Shown: positions 35,234-45,778, counted from the stretch's first letter. The stretch: 49,276 bases of DNA from Cytophagales bacterium (GCA_044349205.1 JBIKRJ010000001.1:1-49276); one strand, 5' to 3'. The notes: a model not told the origin generated them from the letters alone. A program made the numbers and translations.

Positions 35234-35710
35234 ATGGCAACGGCTGAATTGACAAGTTTGGATTTTTTGTACGATAGAATTGTCCCTGCAAAACCTTTTA
35301 AAATTGCCATTTTAACAGCCAAATGGAATTGGGAAATAACAAATAAGTTGATGCAAGGGTCAGAGCATTATCTAACCTCTTGCGGCAGTATTCAACTTGT
35401 TAAAAAATTTGTTCCCGGTGCTTTCGAACTTACCATTGGCGCTCAAAAACTAGCAGAGGTATCTGATATAGATGCGGTTATCGCATTGGGGTGCATCGTG
35501 AAAGGGGATACACCACATTTCGATTACATTTGCCAAGCTGTTGCACAAGGCATTACGCAAGTATCGATTAAATACAACAAACCGATAGCTTTTGGGGTAC
35601 TTACCACCCACACGCTACTACAAGCCGAAGAAAGAGCCGGAGGAAAATACGGCAACAAAGGAATGGAAGCTGCTGCAAGTGTTCTACAGGTGTTGAATGA
35701 GTTTAATTAA
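35234..35710 (+). CDS. ribH: 6,7-dimethyl-8-ribityllumazine synthase
   Basis: 158 aa. Matching blocks are KIAILTAKWN, ALGCIVKGDTPHFDYICQAVAQGI, PIAFGVLTT and NKGMEAA. Confidence 0.92.
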   Translation: MATAELTSLDFLYDRIVPAKPFKIAILTAKWNWEITNKLMQGSEHYLTSCGSIQLVKKFVPGAFELTIGAQKLAEVSDIDAVIALGCIVKGDTPHFDYICQAVAQGITQVSIKYNKPIAFGVLTTHTLLQAEERAGGKYGNKGMEAAASVLQVLNEFN

Positions 35711-35725
35711 TATTATAAACTTAAT

Positions 35726-36580
35726 ATGGAAACTAGAGTGCAGAATTGGACAATGGAAGTCAGTTCTAAAACAAATTTGTTTGATTTAAGATTGAGAGAA
35801 GTTTGGGCTTACAAACACCTTGTCTTTATGTTTGTAAAAAGAGATTTTATATCAGTTTATCTTCAAACTGTATTAGGGCCTCTTTGGTATGTATTTCAGC
35901 CTTTATTTACTACAATCATTTACACTTTTGTCTTTGGAAACATTGCAAATATACCAACAGATGGACAGCCTAAAGTACTTTTTTACATGTCTGGCTTGAC
36001 TTTTTGGAACTTGTTTGCAACCAATTTTATCAGAAACAGTGATACATTTATTTCTAATGCAGGAATATTTGGTAAAGTATATTTCCCAAGATTAACAGTT
36101 CCAATCTCGTACTGTTTTGCAAGCTTATTTTCGTTTTTAATTCAATTTTTCCTATTTCTGATTATGTACACATATTTCATTTTAAATGGAATGACTTTTT
36201 CAATAAGTTGGAGCATTATTTTTGTTCCTTTTTATTTGGTTATTGTTTTATTGATGAGTATGTCATTGGGATTAATTGCTACTTCAATCACGACTAAGTA
36301 TCGAGATTTAAAGTTTTTGTTATCATTCGCTGTGCAATTAGCAATGTGGGCAACCCCTATAGTTTACCCAATGTCCATTGTTAAAAATGAGATGTTAAAA
36401 TTAATTATTGAGCTTAATCCGATGACGTCAATAGTTGAAGCCTTTAGATATTCTATTCTAGGAGTAGGCACTTTTTATTGGAGTGGTTTGATTTATACAA
36501 TTTTTTTTACTGTAATATCTTTCTTTACAGGGATTACATTATTCAATAGAACAGAAAAAAATTTCATAGATACCGTATAG
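35726..36580 (+). CDS. wzm: ABC-2 type polysaccharide/O-antigen export permease
   Basis: 284 aa with ~6 TM segments. The N-terminal block LREVWAYKHLVFMFVKRDFISVYLQTVLGPLWYVFQPL is typical of Wzm/TagG/KpsM-type permeases. It is followed directly by the ATPase gene. Confidence 0.85.
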   Translation: METRVQNWTMEVSSKTNLFDLRLREVWAYKHLVFMFVKRDFISVYLQTVLGPLWYVFQPLFTTIIYTFVFGNIANIPTDGQPKVLFYMSGLTFWNLFATNFIRNSDTFISNAGIFGKVYFPRLTVPISYCFASLFSFLIQFFLFLIMYTYFILNGMTFSISWSIIFVPFYLVIVLLMSMSLGLIATSITTKYRDLKFLLSFAVQLAMWATPIVYPMSIVKNEMLKLIIELNPMTSIVEAFRYSILGVGTFYWSGLIYTIFFTVISFFTGITLFNRTEKNFIDTV

Positions 36581-36588
36581 TAAAATTT

Positions 36589-37890
36589 ATGAGTCAATTA
36601 GCCATAAAAGTTGAAAATTTATCAAAGCTATACAGGCTTGGAAGAGTTGGTACTGGTAGTATTCAAAGTGATATAAAAAGGTGGTGGGCTTTGAGATTGG
36701 GAAAAGAAGATCCGTACGAAAAACTTGCCGAATCAAACAATAGAAGCCAAAAAATGACATCTGAATTTGTTTGGTCGCTCAAAGACATTTCTTTTGAAGT
36801 AGAAGTTGGAAAAACTGTCGGTATTGTTGGTAGTAATGGGGCAGGAAAGAGTACATTATTAAAAATATTATCTCAAATCACATCCCCAACCCATGGAGGA
36901 TTCAAAGTCAATGGTCGAATTTCAAGTTTGCTTGAAGTTGGAACTGGATTTAATCCTGGTTTAACGGGCAGAGAGAACATATACTTAAATGGAGCAATCC
37001 TTGGAATGGGTAGAAGTGAAGTTTCAAGTTTGATGGACAAAATCATTGATTTTTCGGGTGTGGAGGGCTATATAGATACACCTGTTAAAAGGTATAGTTC
37101 AGGAATGTATGTAAGGCTAGCATTTTCAGTTGCAGCACATCTGCAATCAAATATTCTAATCTTGGATGAAGTGCTTGCAGTTGGGGATAGTGAATTTCAG
37201 AAAAAGTGCTTAGATAAAATTGAAAATTTATGTCACAAAGAAGGTAGAACAATTGTTTTTGTTAGCCATAATCAACCTATAATTGAAAGGCTATGTTCGA
37301 AAGTGTTTTATCTTAAGAATGGCATGTTGCACATGGAAGGTGCTACTAATGAAATCATGCCGATTTACATGAGAGACCAATATAAAAATTCTTCAGATAC
37401 TAAGACCACAAATAATATAGCTGAAAGATCTAGAATAGGTAATGGAAAGGTGATTATTACAGATGTCAAGTTCTTGAATAAAAAGAATCAAGTTGTTGAT
37501 GCTTTTACACCTGGAGAATCTTTAGAAATATTAGTTAATTATAAATCAATAAGTTACGAATACAAACGTATAAAAAATTTAATACTTGGAGTGCCAATCT
37601 TCAACAATCAGGGTATTTTTGTAAGTGATTTAAACAATAAAATGTCTTCGCATGAGTTTAAAGATGCACCTTTAGAAGGACAAATAGCGGTTAAAATTCC
37701 CAAGTTGCCTCTTATGAGAGGGTTATATAAATTTGGATTTTGTTTAGAAATAGATTATGCTTTGGCTGACCAATTTGTTGATAATATTGAATTGTGCGTA
37801 ACTGAAGGAGATTACTATAGCAGCGGATATTCAAACAGTTTGGGTAGACAAGGTATTTACATTGACCAAAATTGGACTATTTCAGTTTGA
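36589..37890 (+). CDS. wzt: Polysaccharide export ABC ATPase with a ~180-aa C-terminal extension (Wzt_C-like carbohydrate-binding module candidate)
   Basis: 433 aa. Walker A is GSNGAGKSTLLK, the signature is YSSGMYVRLAF and Walker B is ILILDEVLAVGD. Residues ~255-433 form a beta-rich extra domain (GKVIITDVKFLN...GESLEILVNY...IAVKIPKLPL..GLYKFGF). Confidence 0.88.
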   Translation: MSQLAIKVENLSKLYRLGRVGTGSIQSDIKRWWALRLGKEDPYEKLAESNNRSQKMTSEFVWSLKDISFEVEVGKTVGIVGSNGAGKSTLLKILSQITSPTHGGFKVNGRISSLLEVGTGFNPGLTGRENIYLNGAILGMGRSEVSSLMDKIIDFSGVEGYIDTPVKRYSSGMYVRLAFSVAAHLQSNILILDEVLAVGDSEFQKKCLDKIENLCHKEGRTIVFVSHNQPIIERLCSKVFYLKNGMLHMEGATNEIMPIYMRDQYKNSSDTKTTNNIAERSRIGNGKVIITDVKFLNKKNQVVDAFTPGESLEILVNYKSISYEYKRIKNLILGVPIFNNQGIFVSDLNNKMSSHEFKDAPLEGQIAVKIPKLPLMRGLYKFGFCLEIDYALADQFVDNIELCVTEGDYYSSGYSNSLGRQGIYIDQNWTISV

Positions 37891-37904
37891 GTCAGTTCTT
37901 TTAT

Positions 37905-39029
37905 ATGCGAATAATTTTCCTTTCCCATGAAGCTAGTTTAACAGGCGCACCTTTGGTGCTAATGAATTTTTTGAGGTGGATAAAAAATCACAAAACCACA
38001 TGGCAAGCAGATGTGGTATTTTTAAAAGGTGGCTCTAGATTTGATGATTTTAGCAGGAATAGCAGCAGTTGCAAGGTTTTTTCACAAAACCCCTACAAGA
38101 GGAATTTAAGACAAAGATTGATTTATAATCTAAAATCGCGCTTTAGTTTTGGATATTTACCTCCAAGAAATATGCTCGAAGAAATTGTGGCCAATGACTA
38201 CGATCTTATTTATTGTAACAGCATTTCAACGCTTACCCTCGGGTTGGAAATAAAAGAAAAGACGAACAAGAAACTAGTTCTGCACATTCACGAGTTAGAT
38301 ATCATCATCAAACTTTTTTCACCTTCATTTGACGAAATGGTGAAAAATGTCGATTCTTTTGTAGCGGTATCAAAATCGGTAAGTGAAACACTTACAAAAG
38401 TATATCAGGTTCCTACCAACAAAATTTCGGTAATTAACGAGTTTATTTATCCCAATCAAAAATCTTTTGTTCAAGTTTATTCGGAAAAAACGAATCGTAG
38501 AACGATTGGCGCTAGTGGCTATGCACATTGGCGCAAAGGTCCTATATTTTTTCTTTTGGTAGCCCAACGTATTATAAAGTTACTTCCCGAGATGCAATTT
38601 GATTTTCAATGGGTTGGAGCTTGCAAAGGTGATGAGAGAATTATTTTGGAAAATGTGGCAGCTAAATTGGGTATAGTAAATCATGTGACATTTGTAGGTG
38701 AAACTAACAAACCAGATAAGTATTACAATAATTTTGACCTATTTCTGATGACTTCTTTGGAAGACCCATTTCCAATCGTTTGTATAGAAATGGGAACGAA
38801 AGGCATTCCGATTATTTGTTTTGAAGGTGCAGGTGGTTCTGAAGAATGGTTGCCGAAAGAAGCCGTCGTACCTTATTTGGACGTAAATGCGATGGCTACG
38901 GCTGCAGTTGAAAGAATTAAGAATGAAGAATTGTACGACAAAGAATCATTGGCTGTAAAAAAGGCAAGTGAAACCTTTATTGCAGAGGTGCAATGCCCGC
39001 GTTTGGCCGAAATTTTGGAGCGATTATGA
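37905..39029 (+). CDS. Glycosyltransferase (GT-B, family 4-like)
   Basis: The ATG at 37905 gives MRIIFLSHEASLTGAP. The C-terminal block is LMTSLEDPFPIVCIEMGTKGIPIICFEGAGG. Confidence 0.7.
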   Translation: MRIIFLSHEASLTGAPLVLMNFLRWIKNHKTTWQADVVFLKGGSRFDDFSRNSSSCKVFSQNPYKRNLRQRLIYNLKSRFSFGYLPPRNMLEEIVANDYDLIYCNSISTLTLGLEIKEKTNKKLVLHIHELDIIIKLFSPSFDEMVKNVDSFVAVSKSVSETLTKVYQVPTNKISVINEFIYPNQKSFVQVYSEKTNRRTIGASGYAHWRKGPIFFLLVAQRIIKLLPEMQFDFQWVGACKGDERIILENVAAKLGIVNHVTFVGETNKPDKYYNNFDLFLMTSLEDPFPIVCIEMGTKGIPIICFEGAGGSEEWLPKEAVVPYLDVNAMATAAVERIKNEELYDKESLAVKKASETFIAEVQCPRLAEILERL

Positions 39030-39949
39030 GTCCTAAAGTATCGGTCATAATACCCAATTACAATCACTCACAATATCTTATTAAAAGAATTCAAAGTGTT
39101 CTAAATCAAACCTATCAAGACTTTGAGGTTATTCTGTTGGATGATGATTCTACAGATGGTAGCATAGATATACTGATGGATTACAAAAACCACCCAAAAG
39201 TTTCACATTTAGTATTAAACAAAACCAACAGTGGGTCACCGTTTAAGCAGTGGGAAAAGGGAATTGCATTGGCTCAGGGTGAATACATTTGGATAGCTGA
39301 AAGCGATGATTATGCCTCAGAGATTTTTCTTGAAACGCATGTTTCCAAGTTGGGAAATGGGATAGGTCTTGTGTATTGTAGGTCGGCAGCAGTCAAATCG
39401 GATGGCGAAATAAATGAAGGCTATTTTTGGCCCGATGGTTTAGACTTTTTTAGATGGAAAAAAGACTTTTTCAATTCGGGTATGGATGAATTGAAAACTT
39501 TTTTTATTTATCGAAATACCATTCCCAATGCTAGTTCTTGCGTCTTTAAAAAAAGTTTAGTGTCTGATTTTGAATGTGTAAAACAAATGAAATATGCTGG
39601 CGATTGGTTGTTTTGGACACTTGTACTAAAGGACTCTAATTTATACTATTGTGCAGAAAGTCTTAATTTTTTTCGTTTTCACGAAAACAGCACGCGTCAA
39701 ATAAAAGATAGGAAAAAGGAATTGCTTCGGTTAAAGGAGTATTTGAAAATAATAGCCGATGTAAAAATGATGTGTTTGGAAATTGGCAATTTAAAGATTC
39801 ATTACAGCAAATATGCCTGGATTTTTCAGGAATTGTCTCAAAAAAAAGACGTTATCGGCATTTTTCGATATTTATTTCCACCTTTACCATTTAGAATGTT
39901 GTTGGAATATTACAGGTATCTATTAAAAATAGGTGGATACAAGAGATGA
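39026..39949 (+). CDS. Glycosyltransferase family 2
   Basis: The ATG at 39026 overlaps the previous stop (ATGA). The block VSVIIPNYNHSQYLIKRIQSVLNQTYQDFEVILLDDDSTDGS is a classic GT2 N-terminus, and ESDD is also present. Confidence 0.88.
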   Translation: MSPKVSVIIPNYNHSQYLIKRIQSVLNQTYQDFEVILLDDDSTDGSIDILMDYKNHPKVSHLVLNKTNSGSPFKQWEKGIALAQGEYIWIAESDDYASEIFLETHVSKLGNGIGLVYCRSAAVKSDGEINEGYFWPDGLDFFRWKKDFFNSGMDELKTFFIYRNTIPNASSCVFKKSLVSDFECVKQMKYAGDWLFWTLVLKDSNLYYCAESLNFFRFHENSTRQIKDRKKELLRLKEYLKIIADVKMMCLEIGNLKIHYSKYAWIFQELSQKKDVIGIFRYLFPPLPFRMLLEYYRYLLKIGGYKR

Positions 39950-40953
39950 ATTGCTATTGTACTATAATCACCGCCGATTATTCTCCTTATGCGGCTTCTT
40001 TGCAATTTTCATTGCAAAATGTCGATTCTTCCACAAAAAAATTGTTTGCATTAGTGGCATCGTTAAAGGAAGACTGCAAAACAGAACTAGTACCCTTTGA
40101 TGGTGTTGAATACATTTTTTTGGATAATTTGTGCAAAGACGGTCTTGGTAAAGCCATAAAAGATAAGTATTACGGCGATTTTATGGATGAGTTTAGGTGG
40201 TCTATGAAATCTGTTTTAATGCTTTGGTTGCTTCAGCATAAAAAATACGATAAAGTAATTTACCTTGATTGTGACCTGTATTTCTATTCAAACCCCGATT
40301 TTTTGTTTGAGGAGTTGGATAAAAATAGGGTATTGCTCACCCCACATTGGCGATCAAGGAACCCCATTATTGATCAAGAAAATTTTTTGTTACTAGGTAC
40401 CGATGGCTTGTTCAATGGTGGTTTTATAGCGGCCAATTCAGAGGCATTGGATGTAGTTACTTGGTGGGCAGAAACATGTCTTTTTATATGTTTAAAAGAT
40501 AAGTTAAAGGGTTTGTGGGACGACCAGACTCACTTAAACATGATGCCTGTTTATTTTGAGGGTGTAAAAATTATCAGGCATAAAGGTTGCAACGTGGCTT
40601 ATTGGAACAGTTATGAGTGTGAAAGAGCAAAGCAAGAAAACGGTGAGGTTATAATAGCAAAAGAGTTTCCTATCGTATTTATACATTTTACTAAAAGCAC
40701 AATAACTGGAATACTTAATGGCCAAGAAGTTTTATTAAAGCCTTATCTTGAAAAATATTCTTCGACCTTAATGCGATTCCGAGAGGAGTTGAATATTATA
40801 AAAATACACCAAGAAAAATTAAATAAATTTAATGCAGAACAAGATAGGATTACAAAATTGAAAGAAGAGGAAGAAAAAAAAAGAAGGAAAAATCTACCTT
40901 TGATACAACGCATTAGACTACAACTAGCCGAAATAAAAAGAAAATTTAAATAG
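39946..40953 (+). CDS. GT-A fold (GT8-like, DxD) glycosyltransferase with a charged helical C-terminal tail
   Basis: 335 aa with an ATGA overlap with the previous gene. Motifs are CTIITADY, VIYLDCDLYFY (DxD) and FNGGFIAAN. The last ~60 aa are a K/E/R-rich predicted helix. Confidence 0.5.
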   Translation: MNCYCTIITADYSPYAASLQFSLQNVDSSTKKLFALVASLKEDCKTELVPFDGVEYIFLDNLCKDGLGKAIKDKYYGDFMDEFRWSMKSVLMLWLLQHKKYDKVIYLDCDLYFYSNPDFLFEELDKNRVLLTPHWRSRNPIIDQENFLLLGTDGLFNGGFIAANSEALDVVTWWAETCLFICLKDKLKGLWDDQTHLNMMPVYFEGVKIIRHKGCNVAYWNSYECERAKQENGEVIIAKEFPIVFIHFTKSTITGILNGQEVLLKPYLEKYSSTLMRFREELNIIKIHQEKLNKFNAEQDRITKLKEEEEKKRRKNLPLIQRIRLQLAEIKRKFK

Positions 40954-40962
40954 GTAATCATA

Positions 40963-42123
40963 TTGAATATTTTGAATAATTTGGTAAAAAAACCCAATAT
41001 TTTAATTGCCTCTCCAAACAAGTCATCTTACAGCGAAACATTTATAAAAGCTCACATCGAGTTATTAAATGGAAATATATATCATGTGTATGATGGTAAT
41101 TATCCAAGGAAAACTTCAGAGGATGTTTCTCTAGATACATATTTCATTAAATCATTTAGAGGTAGAATAATTGGTTTAATGCCTAATACAATTCAATACA
41201 AGCTATTCCCTAGATTAAATTCCTTAGAGGAAGGTTTAAAATCCTATATAAAAGCCAAAAAAATAGATGTTGTGTTGGCTGAGTACGGAACTACTGGTGC
41301 TGAAATATTTGAAACTTGTAAAAAGGTTGGAGTTCCTCTGATTGTACATTTTCATGGATTTGATGCATCGGAGAAGGAAACTTTAAAAAAATATAGTGTA
41401 AAATACAATTTGATGTTTGATTACTGTAGTCATATAATTGTGGTGTCAAAAAAAATGCACTCAGACTTGGTTCGGTTTGGAGCGAATCTTCAAAAAATAG
41501 TTTTAAACACATATGGGCCTTCCTATGCGTTTTTTGATTTAAAACCCAATTATCATTCCAAATCTTTTTTTGCTGTTGGAAGATTTACCGAAAAGAAAGC
41601 ACCCCATCTTACAATTCTTGCTTTTAAAAAAGTAGTAGAGAAGTTTCCAGAAGCTGAATTAATCTTCGCTGGCGATGGATTACTGTTACCTATTTGTCGT
41701 GATTTGTGTTACCAGTTAAAAATACCAAACGTCACTTTTACTGGCCCAATTAATCCTGAAGAAGTAAAAAACAAAATGGAAAATAGTTTCTGTTTTTTAC
41801 AGCACTCTGTCATTGCTTCAAACGGAGATTCCGAAGGTACTCCAGTAGCAGTTTTAGAGGCGCAAGCAGCTGCTTTGCCTGTGATATCTACAAGGCATGC
41901 GGGTATACCCGATGTTGTATTGGACAAAGAGACTGGTCTGTTGGTAGAAGAAGGGGATGTAGAGGCCATGGCCAATGCCATGATTGAGTTGTATGAAGAC
42001 CGAGAGAAAGCAAAAGTCATGGGCGAAAAGGGGAAAAAAAGAGTGTTGGAACATTTTACCATGGATAAACACATTGGGAAAATAGATGAAATTTTACTTT
42101 CAGTTGTTGGCAATAACGCTTAG
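40963..42123 (+). CDS. Glycosyltransferase family 4 (GT-B)
   Basis: 386 aa. The EX7E region is SEGTPVAVLEAQAAALPVISTRHAGIPDVV..ETGLLVEEGD. There is no ATG near the N-terminus, and the candidate TTG starts are at 40963 and 40981. Confidence 0.85.
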   Translation: MNILNNLVKKPNILIASPNKSSYSETFIKAHIELLNGNIYHVYDGNYPRKTSEDVSLDTYFIKSFRGRIIGLMPNTIQYKLFPRLNSLEEGLKSYIKAKKIDVVLAEYGTTGAEIFETCKKVGVPLIVHFHGFDASEKETLKKYSVKYNLMFDYCSHIIVVSKKMHSDLVRFGANLQKIVLNTYGPSYAFFDLKPNYHSKSFFAVGRFTEKKAPHLTILAFKKVVEKFPEAELIFAGDGLLLPICRDLCYQLKIPNVTFTGPINPEEVKNKMENSFCFLQHSVIASNGDSEGTPVAVLEAQAAALPVISTRHAGIPDVVLDKETGLLVEEGDVEAMANAMIELYEDREKAKVMGEKGKKRVLEHFTMDKHIGKIDEILLSVVGNNA

Positions 42124-42126
42124 ATA

Positions 42127-43710
42127 ATGTCAGTTAACTTAGCCCCCATAGTACTTTTCGTTTACAATCGTCCTGAGCATACTCGTCAAACACTTGAGGC
42201 TTTGGCTCAGAATGATCTGGCTAGCGAATCTATACTATATATATATGCCGATGGCCCAAAAGAAAATGCCAATGAAGAGGTTATTTCACATGTAACTGAA
42301 ACAAGGGAAGTTGTCAAGAGTAAAAATTGGTGCAAGGAAGTACATGTTATTGAGTCTTCAAGTAACAAGGGGTTGGCCGATTCAATTGTTGAAGGAGTCA
42401 CAGAAATCGTCAAAAAGTATGAAAAAATTATAGTGCTCGAAGATGACATCGTCACTTCAAAAGGATTTTTGAAATACATGAATGACGCTCTTTCGTTGTA
42501 TGAGAATGAGGAGAAAGTAATGCATGTTTCAGGATACATGTATCCGATTGACGATAATTTTCAAGACGGTATAGTTTTTTTGAAAATGCTCTCTTGTTGG
42601 GGTTGGGGCACATGGAAACGTGCTTGGGATCATTATTCCGATGATTTGGAGGCTTTCATGTTGAAATTGAATAACAAAGCTGAAATAGACAAATTCAATG
42701 TTGGCGGCAACGCTAATTTTTATGTGCAATTATTTGACAATTACATAGGAAAACGAAAAACATGGGCGGTTCGTTGGTATGCATCATGGTATTTGAAGAA
42801 TGGTTTTTCAATCTTTCCTAAGGTGTCACTGGTTAGAAACATTGGGCACGATGGTTCTGGCATCAATTCAGTTAATTTTGGATTATACGATTCCAAACTT
42901 TTTGCACACTCTATTAATGTTTCAAAATATCAGAACATAGAGGAAGACAAAGTAACTATCCAAAAACTAGATAGTTTTTTTGAAGCCGAACGTGCTATTT
43001 TCGAGGGAAGAAGCATCCAAAAACAAAAAAAGCCATTATCCAATTTTGGAAAGAAAATAAACGAATTAGCAGTAAGGTTCGTCAATAGTCTTCTCTACAG
43101 ATATGATCGTTACTATGGCGAGGAAAGTTTTTTTAGGAAAACCAATCGCATCTTCAACGCATCTACCAAGGGAGAAAATGTTGTGATTGAAAAGCCTTTT
43201 TTTATAAATCATTCTAAAATTGGCGCATACACCTACATTGCCGAAAACACAAGAATTCAATACACCAACATTGGAAAGTATTGTTCAATAGGCCCAAACT
43301 TGGTATGTGGTTACGGGATTCATCCAACAAACGGTCTTTCAACCTCTCCGGTATTCTATTCAACAAGGATGCAAAGTGGAACTACCTTTTCCAAAACAAA
43401 CAAGATATTGGAATTTAAGCCTATCGAAATAGGTAATGATGTGTTTATTGGCATGAATGTTTCTATTTTAGATGGTGTAAAAATTGGTGACGGTGCAGTG
43501 ATAGGGGCCGGAACAGTTGTTTCAAAAGACGTTCCTCCATATACCATTGCTGTGGGGGCACCAATGAAATTTATCCGAAAAAGGTTTACAGACGAACAAA
43601 TAAAGGCTTTGTTAGACATAAAATGGTGGGATTTTGAAGAGGATAAATTGAAAGACGTGGAATCTATGTTTTTTGATATTGATGAGTTTCTAACAAAGTA
43701 CAAAAAGTAG
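42127..43710 (+). CDS. Fusion protein: N-terminal GT-A (GNT-I-like) glycosyltransferase domain plus C-terminal left-handed beta-helix (hexapeptide) acetyltransferase domain
   Basis: 527 aa. The N-terminal domain has [49 protein letters not shown]. The C-terminal domain has [65 protein letters not shown], which is CatB/Vat-like. Confidence 0.75.
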   Translation: MSVNLAPIVLFVYNRPEHTRQTLEALAQNDLASESILYIYADGPKENANEEVISHVTETREVVKSKNWCKEVHVIESSSNKGLADSIVEGVTEIVKKYEKIIVLEDDIVTSKGFLKYMNDALSLYENEEKVMHVSGYMYPIDDNFQDGIVFLKMLSCWGWGTWKRAWDHYSDDLEAFMLKLNNKAEIDKFNVGGNANFYVQLFDNYIGKRKTWAVRWYASWYLKNGFSIFPKVSLVRNIGHDGSGINSVNFGLYDSKLFAHSINVSKYQNIEEDKVTIQKLDSFFEAERAIFEGRSIQKQKKPLSNFGKKINELAVRFVNSLLYRYDRYYGEESFFRKTNRIFNASTKGENVVIEKPFFINHSKIGAYTYIAENTRIQYTNIGKYCSIGPNLVCGYGIHPTNGLSTSPVFYSTRMQSGTTFSKTNKILEFKPIEIGNDVFIGMNVSILDGVKIGDGAVIGAGTVVSKDVPPYTIAVGAPMKFIRKRFTDEQIKALLDIKWWDFEEDKLKDVESMFFDIDEFLTKYKK

Positions 43711-43714
43711 TTTG

Positions 43715-44866
43715 ATGATAAAGTTGGCCAAAAAGCTAATTGAAAGTTTCTTTTTTAGAGTTAACAAGCTGCTAAAAGCACGTTACAGGCCGGCTGGTGT
43801 ATGTAGTATTCATGATTTAGCCGATTATTCTTTTGTTCATTGCTATAGAGTAAATGAAGCTAACTTTGCCGAAAAAGTAAAGTGTAGTGAATACGAAGGA
43901 GAAAATGTGTTTTATGTATTGGACGAAGGTCGTCTTGATACCGACCATGGAAGAAATGATGCTGTAATTACCAAAGAGAATAGGGTAGTTTCTGAGTTGT
44001 CTTTTCAGTATTCAGAAAAACTAAAGAGATACACATTTGACGGGCATGACAACAATATTTTTCACCGATACTTTCTATCTCCAAAACCATTTTATCTCGA
44101 TGGAATTGCTTTCTCGGCTATAGCAGGTGGTTCTACTGTACATAACTATTATCATTGGTTGGTAGAAACTTTTCCAAAATTCTTACTGATAAAGGATACA
44201 GATTTTTTCAAGCAAATAGATTATTTCTTGATACCAAATCCTGCCAGTCCATACAAAAGACAAACCCTTGAGCTTTTGGGTATTCCATTTGAGAAAGTAG
44301 TTGATACTTTAGTCAATAGCAATATTATTGCAAAACAGTTGGTCATCAACAAACATCCTAGTATGTATGAATTTACTCCTACTTGGGCATTGAAAATGGT
44401 TAGGGACTTTGTTTTATCTAAAATTGAAAGTTCCAACCAACCATCCAATCTGATTTATATCTCAAGAAATAGAAGCAGAAAAAGAATGCTATTGAATGAG
44501 GAAGAACTCATGAATTGCTTGAAGCCGCTAGGTTTCCAAAAATACGAACTTGAAGATTTGTCGCTTCTTCAGCAAGCTGTGCTGTTCAATAGTGCCAAAA
44601 TTATAGTGGCACCTCATGGCGCAGGGTTAGGCAACATTTTGTTCTGTAATGACAATGTGCGAATTATTGAACTTTTTCCACCAGGTTCATTTCACAAGCA
44701 CTATCAAACGATTTCACAAAAGTTAGATTTTAATTATCAATCGGTAGTTTCAGATAAAGTCTACGATAGAGATTTTGCTATGGAAAATATAGCGGTTGGA
44801 CTTCACGAAAATTTTAATGCAGATATTGATTTGCTGAAATCTATGATTCAAAAAATTAAGTTTTAG
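43715..44866 (+). CDS. DUF563 / GT61-like glycosyltransferase
   Basis: ~383 aa from the ATG at 43715. Motifs are HNYYHWLVETFPKF, IYISRNRSRKR and IIVAPHGAGLGNILFC. Confidence 0.7.
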   Translation: MIKLAKKLIESFFFRVNKLLKARYRPAGVCSIHDLADYSFVHCYRVNEANFAEKVKCSEYEGENVFYVLDEGRLDTDHGRNDAVITKENRVVSELSFQYSEKLKRYTFDGHDNNIFHRYFLSPKPFYLDGIAFSAIAGGSTVHNYYHWLVETFPKFLLIKDTDFFKQIDYFLIPNPASPYKRQTLELLGIPFEKVVDTLVNSNIIAKQLVINKHPSMYEFTPTWALKMVRDFVLSKIESSNQPSNLIYISRNRSRKRMLLNEEELMNCLKPLGFQKYELEDLSLLQQAVLFNSAKIIVAPHGAGLGNILFCNDNVRIIELFPPGSFHKHYQTISQKLDFNYQSVVSDKVYDRDFAMENIAVGLHENFNADIDLLKSMIQKIKF

Positions 44867-44867
44867 G

Positions 44868-45743
44868 ATGATTACTTTTTTTACAACATGTAAAAATTTT
44901 ACTGGTTTGTTTGGAGTTATTCAAACAAATGCTCTAAAATGTTGGCATTCTTTGGGTATTCCAATTGAAGTGATTGTTTTTGGAAATTCTCAAGGGTTAG
45001 AAGAACTAAAAAAAGTGCTGCCAATTGTGCATGTGCCCGAGATTAATGCCTTTGAAGGTAGGGTACCTTATATAAATGCCATGTTTCAGAAAGCCAATGA
45101 AATAGCCAAATACGATATCCTTTGTTTTTTAAATGCAGACATATTATTGACTGGAGAATTTGTTAAGATAATTTCAGAAATACACAAAAAACTAAAAAGC
45201 AATTATCTGATTGTTGGTCAAAGAATTAACATAGATGTAGATTTCTTGATTAATTTTGAAAAAGACTTTGAAAATGAGCTAAAGTTACTGGCAAATAAAG
45301 GAAGCATCCATCATTCAAACGGTAGTGACCTATTTGTATTTGCAAAAGGACAGTACCCCTTGGGCAGTATACCTGATTTATTGGTGGGCAGGTCTGGTTG
45401 GGATTTATGGATGATATTTAACTCTAGACAGAAAAGATACAAAACTATAGATCTTAGTAATCACTACTTGATTTATCATCAAAACCACGATTATTCTCAT
45501 AAAGTTGCAAATGTAAAGCTAAGAGAAGAAGAAGATCAACGAAATTACTTATTCATAAAGGATCCGAGAGCCCGATACATATTTCAACTTAATACTTGTG
45601 ATTATGAAGTTGATGAGGGTGCTGTAAAAAAGAAAAATCCATTCGAGAATTTGTCTGCCACCATATTTCATCATGAACTTTTGTTTGGAAAGCGTAACCT
45701 TAAGTATATTTGGCTAAGGTTTATACATTTATTTTTTTCATAG
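44868..45743 (+). CDS. Hypothetical protein, possibly a GT-A-like transferase of an uncharacterised family
   Basis: 291-aa ORF packed tightly in the cluster, starting 1 nt after the previous stop. FLNADILLTGEF and GRSGWDLWMI give only weak GT-A-like hints. Confidence 0.35.
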   Translation: MITFFTTCKNFTGLFGVIQTNALKCWHSLGIPIEVIVFGNSQGLEELKKVLPIVHVPEINAFEGRVPYINAMFQKANEIAKYDILCFLNADILLTGEFVKIISEIHKKLKSNYLIVGQRINIDVDFLINFEKDFENELKLLANKGSIHHSNGSDLFVFAKGQYPLGSIPDLLVGRSGWDLWMIFNSRQKRYKTIDLSNHYLIYHQNHDYSHKVANVKLREEEDQRNYLFIKDPRARYIFQLNTCDYEVDEGAVKKKNPFENLSATIFHHELLFGKRNLKYIWLRFIHLFFS

Positions 45744-45778
45744 ATAAGACAAAGTATTCCTTTAAGTGCCTATTTAAA

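Noticed and set aside
41709-42113. 134-aa minus-strand ORF inside the GT4 gene
   Set aside because: It is antisense to the EX7E region of a well-supported glycosyltransferase. Its sequence is low-complexity and Ser/Thr-rich.
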